IMG/VR virus record: IMGVR_UViG_3300037467_003067
Span: 32,001 to 96,000 of that record
Length of the DNA: 64,000 nucleotides
Reading direction: 5' to 3' (one strand)
Source: a virus
Lineage: Duplodnaviria > Caudoviricetes
Shown one piece after another: positions 19,252 to 27,601 of this stretch. Position 1 is the first letter of the stretch. Each line of letters begins with the position of its first letter. The notes below the pieces were generated by a model that had not been told where the DNA came from, searched no databases, and worked only from the letters and a program-made list of their open reading frames with translations. The translations under genes were made by a program, and so were the position numbers.

Positions 19252-20587
19252 GTAACCTCCTACAACTACAAGAAATATGGTTCCTTACAAGTACCCCGTT
19301 TTTGATGCAAAATTCTTTGTCATCGCCAACGTTGCCCGTCTTATATAAATGATTTGCGAATGTCTGAATTTCAGAATAAGTTTTATTTTTATCCGGAACA
19401 TGCTCGTCGACCAAGTTGCCGCGACTGTCGTAGCGGCGGTACTCATCGAGCGGTACATGGAAGACCACGTCACTCAAAGGATTTTGCGACATGGAACTCA
19501 CTCCGAAATCCGATAGATCAATGGTCTCCGAGACTGACTTGAGTTCGACCGAGTGGGGACCAGAATCTATGGAAAGGGCTGATACACGGTCAGCGATGGG
19601 AAGGTTCCGTTTGGCGAAGACTTGCGCGATCAGAGTGGAATACTCGCCCCCAGCTTGATGGTCGACGAACATCAAGGCTTTTCCCATGTTGGCGAACATG
19701 GTTACACCGGCTGGCGCAGTCATCGCAGCTTTGTAAACATAGCTGGAGACAATATAACCGGCTTTGCGAATTGCCTCAAGCCCATCTAATTTCTGCGCAA
19801 TCAATTTCCAATAAATGCCGATCACGATTTCGTAGATGATGCGGGTGAAGACCCGACTCAAGCTGTGGCACTCCGTACTCAATTCATTGAGCGGAGCCGC
19901 AGCAGGCAGAGTATGAGGCTCGGCATAGTTGAAAGGATTGACGGCATCTCTCAATGGTATCACTTGACCAATTGGAGATTTAAATAAAGCAGTCCCCATT
20001 TCTTCGCCTACCCTGGAAAGGAAATTGCTTCGGGAGAGATCTCCCTTGGTTTCCACAAGGGCTTTGGTCAAGGCACGGTCATGTCTCATGATGGTCGTTA
20101 TTCCTTGGATATCCCCGATGCTTTCGTGGAGAGCCGCGACTTCGGGCGCAGCGAAATTCCAGAAGTCGGGGCGGATCGAGTCTAGAAGAGCATGTCCTAA
20201 TTCATGGCTGACCACATCGACTGCCGATGCGGCATAGACCATTTTCTTGCGAACATCGTCCCAATTGAAGAAGAAATTGAGATATCGCCGATTGTAATTT
20301 GCGTTGAAGTTCTTCCCGGTCGCCGGTTGAACCATTAATTCTTCGGTCCCTGCCCACTTCGGAGTCTTGCCAATTTTCTCGATGAAATCCGGTATCGAGG
20401 TCGCCAGGATGTAATAACACATCGCAGCACGTCCGGCATGGGTATCAGGCTCGAATCCGCCTCCATCCCAGCCGATGACCATGAATGGCATCTGAGCGGT
20501 GTAGGGAGGGATCGGGCATTCATATTGGATGTTGGACGCAGGGTCTTTTAGAAATATTTTTATAGGATCAATTAAATTTGTTGGCAT
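19232..20587 (-). CDS. zinc metallopeptidase, M4/M36 (thermolysin/fungalysin)-like
   Basis: NANY, DVVSHELGH, ALHESIGD and ECHSLS. Confidence 0.8.
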   Translation of the reverse strand: MPTNLIDPIKIFLKDPASNIQYECPIPPYTAQMPFMVIGWDGGGFEPDTHAGRAAMCYYILATSIPDFIEKIGKTPKWAGTEELMVQPATGKNFNANYNRRYLNFFFNWDDVRKKMVYAASAVDVVSHELGHALLDSIRPDFWNFAAPEVAALHESIGDIQGITTIMRHDRALTKALVETKGDLSRSNFLSRVGEEMGTALFKSPIGQVIPLRDAVNPFNYAEPHTLPAAAPLNELSTECHSLSRVFTRIIYEIVIGIYWKLIAQKLDGLEAIRKAGYIVSSYVYKAAMTAPAGVTMFANMGKALMFVDHQAGGEYSTLIAQVFAKRNLPIADRVSALSIDSGPHSVELKSVSETIDLSDFGVSSMSQNPLSDVVFHVPLDEYRRYDSRGNLVDEHVPDKNKTYSEIQTFANHLYKTGNVGDDKEFCIKNGVLVRNHISCSCRRLHGISTV

Positions 20588-20634
20588 TTCAATTCCTCCA
20601 TATAATATATGGGTGTGTTTTGGAGATTTAAAAT

Positions 20635-21168
20635 ATGACCGACAAAGAGCAGCGAATAAAAGAGCAACGAATGGCAGAGGCGATCATGAGGGGGTTAATG
20701 GGGTTGGGCGGCAAGATCGCCTGCATCGCCACCTTTTTAGGATCTAAAATCGTCTCTGAGACACCTGATTTTTACTCGGAGACATCACTGGATGACGTCT
20801 GGGACCTTGGCACCATCGACGAATATGACCATAAAAGAATAGTGACAGCAGAAGAAAATTCCTGGACCAGAGACATTGGCTATATCTTCGATGGCTTGAG
20901 TCGCGGAATGCATCTGGAAATTAAGTATCTCAGTGATGAACGAGCGTTGACGGTTTATTACAAAGGAAATAAGGTTTATCGCGAGGTGAGCGGAGATCTG
21001 GAATGTTATGCGCCCTCGGAGTGGATCGACATGATTGAAAAGTTATTTGTAGTCGCCAAGAAACTGGCTGATGAAAAGAAGTCTCGGGATGCTAAGCAGG
21101 ACGCCTCGGATACCAAGTCGTTCGTCGCTAAGAAAATTGATGAGATGAGAGCTAGATGGGGATTGTAA
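20635..21168 (+). CDS. hypothetical protein
   Basis: GGAG SD; 177 aa. Confidence 0.65.
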   Translation: MTDKEQRIKEQRMAEAIMRGLMGLGGKIACIATFLGSKIVSETPDFYSETSLDDVWDLGTIDEYDHKRIVTAEENSWTRDIGYIFDGLSRGMHLEIKYLSDERALTVYYKGNKVYREVSGDLECYAPSEWIDMIEKLFVVAKKLADEKKSRDAKQDASDTKSFVAKKIDEMRARWGL

Positions 21169-21190
21169 CCGGGATCAATTGTGGTATAAT
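21163..21190 (+). promoter_or_regulatory. sigma70-type promoter
   Basis: TTGTAA-16-TATAAT with a TG extended -10. Confidence 0.55.
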
Positions 21191-21245
21191 TAACTAGATT
21201 AGGAAGATCGTTCAGTTCGTTTGAGAACCAAAGGAGGTTCGTTTC

Positions 21246-21653
21246 ATGGAAGTTATTGAGCATTTGATGGGTCGTGGAATTCTGGTCTACCAGAACCCCG
21301 ATCAGAGTTGGACCATCCAGAAGATACCGACACCAGCCGATGACCGGATTTATCTCAATGCCGCTGAATGTGCCGCCCAATTGACTGGTTTCACCAGTCG
21401 GGAAGAAGCGATCGAGGCGGCTCTCGAATTCCTACAAACGGCAAATCAGGTCGAATATGTCATGGAGGCAAAGTATAACAACGGGCTGGGACCGCGATTC
21501 AAATCCCTCGGAACGATCACGGCAGCTTCGGAGGCGATCGCTCATCAAGCCGCTCGGGAAGAAGCTGTGAAGGCATTCACCGATCCCAAGATCAAGTGGG
21601 AAGTGCGAGTCTTGCCCAAAGCCCTCTTCCAGCAGAAGACCTGCTCGAATTGA
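21246..21653 (+). CDS. hypothetical protein
   Basis: AGGAGG SD. Confidence 0.65.
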   Translation: MEVIEHLMGRGILVYQNPDQSWTIQKIPTPADDRIYLNAAECAAQLTGFTSREEAIEAALEFLQTANQVEYVMEAKYNNGLGPRFKSLGTITAASEAIAHQAAREEAVKAFTDPKIKWEVRVLPKALFQQKTCSN

Positions 21654-21669
21654 TCCGAATAACCAATAC

Positions 21670-21701
21670 GAAAAGCCCAAGGAATTATCCTTGGGCTTTT
21701 C
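21670..21701. terminator. bidirectional terminator
   Basis: AAAAGCCCAAGGA-ATTA-TCCTTGGGCTTTT. Confidence 0.85.
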
Positions 21702-21708
21702 ATTTGCA

Positions 21709-22533
21709 TTATGGAGGCGTGACTAGGTCGCTATTGGTCAAGGTATAAGGAACCTCAGTAATTGTCGAAGGAACGGTATCGGCACCATTATACTGATATT
21801 CCGTCAATTTTGCCAAATCGCCCACGACGGCACCAGCCGGATATTCCAACTTCGATGTAATGTTGCCACCCGTGATCACTTGCTTGGTGAACGTGAAGAT
21901 GCCCGACCTGCCCTTGAGCAATTCCCAATCATCTAACACATCCGATGGGTTCTGCCCGGCTGCCGTGATCAACGAAGCCTGATAAGTGTCACCAGGATCT
22001 AGCTGGACCAATGTCGCCAGACCGTCCGGATAGACCAAGGCATTGGCGATAGTGTGCCGGGCGAAATATGTAGGCAACTGAGCAATCGGAGCCTTGGCAT
22101 TGAAGTGCATGACCTGTTCTGCACTCGTGTTGGAGATGTACGCCTTGATCTGAGAATTCGGACGTTTCGACCGGATCAGGACACTGAAGACGCTGTGGTC
22201 GTTGTTCATCTCTTTGACGCTGGCTGCCCATAGAGAGGAAAAGTTCGTATCGGCGTTCAAAGCTGCGACCACTTCATAGGCTGTTGTCGCAGCAGGAGTG
22301 GCACCAGCCACGTTGACGGTCAATTCGTGAAATTGCTTCAGGGTTGGGTCGATTGCGTAATTGATCGTAAGGGTGTTATTGGTGGACATGTCGTAAGGAC
22401 CAGGAGTCCACGCTAACATCAATGATGAAGAATTCAAATTTCCGGCGATATTGAAATTCAGGGTGTATTGGCGGTCACCAAGAATCCATGTTCCTCGGAA
22501 TTCATTGTCCATTGGGTTCTGAAAATATGACAT
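21709..22533 (-). CDS. putative virion structural protein
   Basis: Thr/Ala/Asn-rich; upstream CTAAATA and GTATATA boxes. Confidence 0.55.
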   Translation of the reverse strand: MSYFQNPMDNEFRGTWILGDRQYTLNFNIAGNLNSSSLMLAWTPGPYDMSTNNTLTINYAIDPTLKQFHELTVNVAGATPAATTAYEVVAALNADTNFSSLWAASVKEMNNDHSVFSVLIRSKRPNSQIKAYISNTSAEQVMHFNAKAPIAQLPTYFARHTIANALVYPDGLATLVQLDPGDTYQASLITAAGQNPSDVLDDWELLKGRSGIFTFTKQVITGGNITSKLEYPAGAVVGDLAKLTEYQYNGADTVPSTITEVPYTLTNSDLVTPP

Positions 22534-22629
22534 TAATAGCCTCTATATACTTTTTGTATTTCTACCTTTGTATTTAGAGAAAGATTAATGATTTCTTTTG
22601 TTGGTTAAAATCTTGTTAGACCAAAACAA

Positions 22630-22666
22630 AAACGCCTCGCAAGGAATAATTCCTTGCGAGGCGTTT
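22630..22666 (-). terminator. intrinsic terminator
   Basis: AAACGCCTCGCAAGGAA..TTCCTTGCGAGGCGTTT, with a T-tract on the - strand. Confidence 0.8.
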
Positions 22667-22668
22667 CA

Positions 22669-22974
22669 TTAAGCACCGTGCTTTTCAAGATTTCTCAGGG
22701 AACAACGTTTGAGTGTTGACCCTTCCTTGTTATACCGCCTCAATCGCCAATAGGAATCCCAATCGGGGATGCGGTCCTTACGATACGATTTGACCGGAGC
22801 CTCGGTGATGTCGCGAAGGTCAGCGCCCTCCCGCAACTCATACCCCGTGATTAAGTCTTTGTTCGTCGAAATGACCAAAACAGTTCGACGCACCGGGTGG
22901 CTGTGCTTCGTGCCACGGTAGAAAAACCGGGCCACCGGCTGCGTCTTCAAAATCCCGTAAACCTTATCGCTCAT
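22669..22974 (-). CDS. stand-alone WYL-like domain protein
   Basis: FFY..RRTV..LITGY..VKSYRKDRI. Confidence 0.55.
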   Translation of the reverse strand: MSDKVYGILKTQPVARFFYRGTKHSHPVRRTVLVISTNKDLITGYELREGADLRDITEAPVKSYRKDRIPDWDSYWRLRRYNKEGSTLKRCSLRNLEKHGA

Positions 22975-23509
22975 CTTTCACGTCCTTAAGAAGAGACTCT
23001 AAGAGATTCTTAGAATACTTAATCTTACCCAACTTCCTGTTGGAAAACCTGCCATCACCACGCGGAACTTCAAACAACAGCCGATCCTTGACGAATGCCG
23101 TCATGCTGTTGGGGTCTTCTTGCCCCTCAGGCATCTCGTGCTCGGCTAACACGAAATAAACACTACCGTCCACATCGAGGAAGAAATCGACTTCCCAATC
23201 CTCGATATATACTCTGGTCTTGTAGAGCTTACCCTTACAGACCTTCCATAAGTCGTCGAAGTCGCGGGCATCAAGCAAGGTCTCGATCTCAATGACCCTG
23301 CCGTCAACCTCACGCTTGACCGTCAACTTGTACTCGGTTTCCATCCCATTACACGGGATGATGTGCCGTACGCGACAAGTGATGTGCTTGTCGCGTACCA
23401 GATAACCCTGCCAAATTCGCGAATACCGATTGCGGCTCTTCACCTCAGCCAAATCAGCATCAGGATCGTCGCAATGGACTACGAACTTGCGTTCGTTCTC
23501 TGTGGGCAT
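22964..23509 (-). CDS. CYTH-domain (triphosphate tunnel) protein
   Basis: ENERKF, QGYL, RVR, KTR, WEVDFF and AEHE. Confidence 0.85.
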   Translation of the reverse strand: MPTENERKFVVHCDDPDADLAEVKSRNRYSRIWQGYLVRDKHITCRVRHIIPCNGMETEYKLTVKREVDGRVIEIETLLDARDFDDLWKVCKGKLYKTRVYIEDWEVDFFLDVDGSVYFVLAEHEMPEGQEDPNSMTAFVKDRLLFEVPRGDGRFSNRKLGKIKYSKNLLESLLKDVKDER

Positions 23510-23524
23510 TAAATAAATCCTTGC

Positions 23525-24064
23525 TTAGTCGTTCTCGCGAATCCACTCTCGCAGTTCATCGAGATCTTCGTGTGAATGGGTCAATTGGTCCTCGTAAAAC
23601 AACTCGACCCGAGCCCAAACCGCATACTCATCAACGTCAACGCTCCCCTCGATCTTGCGGGTCACGCCCTGAATCTTCTCCTTGAACTCGCTCACCTGGT
23701 CCAGACGACGGGCGTAGTTGACGCAAACTTCCTGCTCCAACTTGATCGCTTGACGGATGATTGCGCCTGCATCAGTCAGCAAAGGAATCCCATGGGGCAA
23801 TGGGAGCGGAGACACGCCCAGCGAGACCAAGAGCCGACTGAATTGCTTCACATGCTCCATCTCGCTCTTCGCCTCCTCCTCCAGCCATTCACGCAGTTCC
23901 CTGCGGTGAAGACCACGGATCAAGGAGGAACTCGACAGATAGAACATCATGTGAGTGTATTCATTCCGCAGATCACTGAGCAACAGGTCGACCATCTTCT
24001 TACGCTCCTTGATGATCAACGCCTGCTCGATAGGCTGCGGAAAAGCAAATTTTTCATTGCCCAT
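23525..24064 (-). CDS. ferritin/bacterioferritin-like protein
   Basis: E..Y, ESEMEH-type ExxH and LEQE..Y motifs; AGGAG SD. Confidence 0.75.
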   Translation of the reverse strand: MGNEKFAFPQPIEQALIIKERKKMVDLLLSDLRNEYTHMMFYLSSSSLIRGLHRRELREWLEEEAKSEMEHVKQFSRLLVSLGVSPLPLPHGIPLLTDAGAIIRQAIKLEQEVCVNYARRLDQVSEFKEKIQGVTRKIEGSVDVDEYAVWARVELFYEDQLTHSHEDLDELREWIREND

Positions 24065-24157
24065 ATCAAATTCTCCTGAATGAGAAATTTTAGGTGCTGT
24101 AGGCGTTGCGGACAATCAACACCTTACACATCAAACAAAACCGTATCAGAAGTAACC

Positions 24158-24186
24158 ACTATACCACCAAACCAATTCCAAATCAA
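24158..24186 (-). promoter_or_regulatory. sigma70-type promoter
   Basis: TTGATT-17-TATAGT with an extended -10. Confidence 0.6.
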
Positions 24187-24245
24187 GGTCGAAATCTTAA
24201 CAATATTATCTATATACTAACAGATTCCACACAAAGGAGTGATTT

Positions 24246-26042
24246 ATGGATCAAGTTTCGGCATGGAGAGGTAAATACAAGTCTTTGAGAGAATACTACG
24301 AGAAGGAATATCCTTCGAAGTATTATACCTTCACACTTGAAGAACTCCAGATCGACCCTGATGAAACGGTTGATCAACTCGATCAATACAAATTCGACCG
24401 GCAGACGGAAGAGTTCCTGAAGTGCGGCGAAAGCTTCTCATACTTTTGCCACAAATATATCAAGATTGGACATCCGGTCAAGGGAACAGTCCCATTCGTC
24501 CTGTTTAATTACCAGAGACGGGTTGTTGGCGAATTCGACGACTATCGATTCAACATCATCAGCAAATTCCGGCAGGGAGGTCTAAGTACCGTTGCGGTCA
24601 TCTGGTCGCTATGGCGATGTATGTTTAAATACGATGAAACCATCATGTTACTCTCAAAAGCCGACCGCGAAGCTATCGCTGCCGGTGAAATCGCCGTACG
24701 TGCCATTGAATTTCTCCCCACCTGGCTCAAGCCCAAGATGGAAAAATCCAACGAACACCAGCACTATTTCGAAGAGACCAGATCCAAGTTCTTTTGCTAC
24801 ACACCTAACGCGGCTCGTGGACGGTCGATTACTTATTTGATCCTCGATGAGGCGGCGTTCATCCCCAAGATGGAAGACCATTGGAAAGCTATGTACCCGA
24901 CCATCGCTACTGGTGGTAATTGCATAGCCATCTCCACGGTCAACGGCGTGGGAAACTGGTATGAAGAAACATACCACAAAGCACAAGAAGGGAAGAATCC
25001 TTTCCACATCATTGAGCTAGATTATAACGAACATCCGGATTATGACAACCCCAAATGGGTCAAAGAAACTCGTGCCAACCTGGGAGAGAAAGGCTGGCGA
25101 CAGGAAGTTCTCAGGGATTTCCTCGGCTCGGGTACGACCTATATCCCATCCGATATCATTCGCGAACTCGCCAAGAAGACCAGGGATATTCCCATCACAA
25201 GGAAATTATTCCCTGAATTCAATAACCATGATAAAAGCGAAATTATTGACGAGTGGGCTGACAAGGGCGCTCTCTGGGTCTTCAAAGAACCCTTGGACGG
25301 ACGCGAATACATCATCGGTGTTGATGCAGCCGAAGGTGTTGGCGACGACGGCGATAACAGTTGCCTCCAAATCATCGACGCCCAAACTTGCGAACAGGTC
25401 GCTGAGTTTTATAGTAACTGCTGCCCCACCGATAAGTTCGCTAAGATCACCGAACAGATCGGTATCTACTACAACAACGCGCTGGTGGTCGTCGAAAACA
25501 TGGGAGGTGCCGGTGTCGCTGTTCTCATGAAACTTCAGACCGAATACTACTATGAAAACATCTACTACGAAAATAGCAAGAGCATGGAAAAAGCGGGAGT
25601 CCGCGTCGGGAGCAACAATCGACCCGTCATACTGGAAGCACTGCAGAGCCGCTTGCTGAATAAGAGTCTGCCGGTTTCGAGTACCCGGTTCATGTTGGAA
25701 CTCGAAACCTTCATCTGGAACAAGCAAAAACAAAAAGCAGAAGCCCAGAAAGGCAAGCATGATGATGCGGTCATGGCGATGGCACACGCGATCTATGTTC
25801 GAGACCAGAATATGCGTCAGCCGCACGTCTTCCCGACTAATTCGGCACCCGTCATCACCGATGCGTTCAAGCTGGAGATGTACGAACAAATTAAGATGGA
25901 AATCCAGAGAGGTGCTCCGGATGATTGGATCGATCCGAGCGACCGTGCCATTAACTTTAATGACGACGACGAAGACCAGTTTCATGAGTTCTACGCCAAT
26001 AGACGACCATACCACTCCATCCTTTCCGAATTTGCCTGGTGA
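24246..26042 (+). CDS. gp17: terminase large subunit (T4 gp17-like)
   Basis: LFNYQ, KFRQGGLST, LILDEAAF, ISTVNG, IGVD and HDD. Confidence 0.95.
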   Translation: MDQVSAWRGKYKSLREYYEKEYPSKYYTFTLEELQIDPDETVDQLDQYKFDRQTEEFLKCGESFSYFCHKYIKIGHPVKGTVPFVLFNYQRRVVGEFDDYRFNIISKFRQGGLSTVAVIWSLWRCMFKYDETIMLLSKADREAIAAGEIAVRAIEFLPTWLKPKMEKSNEHQHYFEETRSKFFCYTPNAARGRSITYLILDEAAFIPKMEDHWKAMYPTIATGGNCIAISTVNGVGNWYEETYHKAQEGKNPFHIIELDYNEHPDYDNPKWVKETRANLGEKGWRQEVLRDFLGSGTTYIPSDIIRELAKKTRDIPITRKLFPEFNNHDKSEIIDEWADKGALWVFKEPLDGREYIIGVDAAEGVGDDGDNSCLQIIDAQTCEQVAEFYSNCCPTDKFAKITEQIGIYYNNALVVVENMGGAGVAVLMKLQTEYYYENIYYENSKSMEKAGVRVGSNNRPVILEALQSRLLNKSLPVSSTRFMLELETFIWNKQKQKAEAQKGKHDDAVMAMAHAIYVRDQNMRQPHVFPTNSAPVITDAFKLEMYEQIKMEIQRGAPDDWIDPSDRAINFNDDDEDQFHEFYANRRPYHSILSEFAW

Positions 26043-26048
26043 AAATTT

Positions 26049-26411
26049 ATGAAAAACAATACAGGACAAACCAAGCAGTTATTGGAACAGGCACTCAGAG
26101 CCTTGCCGGACGACTTTGCCCTCCAGGGGGCAAGGTCATCCATCATTGCAGCCCTGAACCATATCAGCAGCATAGAACATAAACGACAGAGGCGAGAGAA
26201 CACGCAGAAGCACCTGGAAAAAATCCAGGCACAACAGCCGTTCAATATCGCGCCTTTATCTCCGACCCAAGCCAAGGCGGCAATCAACGGGCTGGAAAAA
26301 TTAATCCAACAAGAATTGGCGAACATTGACGCAAGGAAGTCCGAGAAGCCGAAACAGTCACAAACCAGGAGGAATTTTGGGAATAATGACCTTCAAACGT
26401 TTCATGGATAA
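26049..26411 (+). CDS. hypothetical protein
   Basis: Helical ORF directly after the terminase gene. Confidence 0.6.
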   Translation: MKNNTGQTKQLLEQALRALPDDFALQGARSSIIAALNHISSIEHKRQRRENTQKHLEKIQAQQPFNIAPLSPTQAKAAINGLEKLIQQELANIDARKSEKPKQSQTRRNFGNNDLQTFHG

Positions 26412-26970
26412 CTACATATGCGAAGTGAAACGAGCATACGACCATTCCTCAGTCATGGCGAATCTGCCGGATGATCTCGCTGCCTCCGTCATCGGCTGGG
26501 GACAGGAAAATATCCCCGAAAATGATCTCTACAAAGACCCGAACGAAGCCGGTCTCGGAAGAGAGAATGAGCCGCACGTGACCGTTCTCTACGGTATCCA
26601 TGAAACCAATGTCAGAAAAGTAAAAACCTTGATCGAGAACGAAAAACCCTTCGAAATCCGGCTAGGGAATATAGGAATATTTTCACATAATGAAATATTT
26701 GACGTTGTCAAAATCAACGTCACAAGCAAGCAATTGAATGACCTCAATAAAGTCCTCAAGGACGAACTGAGCCATAAGAACTTGTACCCGATCTATTCGC
26801 CCCACGTCACGATCGCGTACGTCAAGAAAGGACGAGCCAAATCGCTGGAAGATGACAGTTTTTTCGCAGGTAAAAAGTTCCCCGTCAAGCAAGTCGTTTT
26901 TAGCAGTAAAAACGGCAGCAAGTGTCTGCTGACCCTTAAAGGCTTAGGAGCGGATAGCCATAAGACCTAA
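26386..26970 (+). CDS. 2H phosphodiesterase (Acb1/gp57B/LigT-like)
   Basis: Two HxT motifs (PHVTVLYG, PHVTIAY); N-terminus MTFKRFMDNYICE. Confidence 0.85.
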   Translation: MTFKRFMDNYICEVKRAYDHSSVMANLPDDLAASVIGWGQENIPENDLYKDPNEAGLGRENEPHVTVLYGIHETNVRKVKTLIENEKPFEIRLGNIGIFSHNEIFDVVKINVTSKQLNDLNKVLKDELSHKNLYPIYSPHVTIAYVKKGRAKSLEDDSFFAGKKFPVKQVVFSSKNGSKCLLTLKGLGADSHKT

Positions 26971-27537
26971 TTGTTTCATGTTGTACAACCAAACCTCGAA
27001 AGAATGTTGCGCCTCTTCGATCAGTACGGAATCCACGACATTGTCAAGACCAAGACTCTGAGGTGTACAAAAGATTACAGGATCGCGGAGTTGGAGGTAA
27101 TCCTGAATTAGGTCTCCCCCACGACCCGCCTCCAGATCGGAAAACGTCAACATGACCGAACGAGGTGACCGCCTGGCAATCGCATAAAGACGACGGAGCC
27201 TGAGCTTGTAATAGTTTACAGCGTGGCGAGGTTTGTAATTTTTAACCGAAATAATCTCATTTATAGTATCAATCGCATCTCTGATTACAAATATATAATG
27301 ACATTCTGGATAAATGGATATATCACCGATGCTGCTGTTGTGTAGCAGCTCATCCATGTAGATCGCTGAAGCATCATCTAGTTTATGAGATTGCGAGGTA
27401 AGTGTGACCAATGACAACCGATTCTCGTAGAGATTACTGGACCGAAACCCCTGGATCTTGGGATGATCATCCAAAGACCTGTAAAGCGAGTCGGAACCGG
27501 AACAAAGATGACTGAGAATAAAAAGCACTCGTTTCAT
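26944..27537 (-). CDS. divergent sulfotransferase-like protein
   Basis: FILSHLCSGS..L..HPKI and IFVIRD. Confidence 0.5.
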   Translation of the reverse strand: MKRVLFILSHLCSGSDSLYRSLDDHPKIQGFRSSNLYENRLSLVTLTSQSHKLDDASAIYMDELLHNSSIGDISIYPECHYIFVIRDAIDTINEIISVKNYKPRHAVNYYKLRLRRLYAIARRSPRSVMLTFSDLEAGRGGDLIQDYLQLRDPVIFCTPQSLGLDNVVDSVLIEEAQHSFEVWLYNMKQLGLMAIRS

Positions 27538-27601
27538 GAGGAATGATTACACTTTCAGTAAATAAGATATACGACTATAAGAGTTGAAGTAAAGAGGATT
27601 T

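Noticed and set aside
24560-24595. Inactive terminase Walker A (RQGGLST lacks GK)
   Set aside because: The K-x-R-Q-x-G-x-[ST] deviant Walker A is a known terminase variant.
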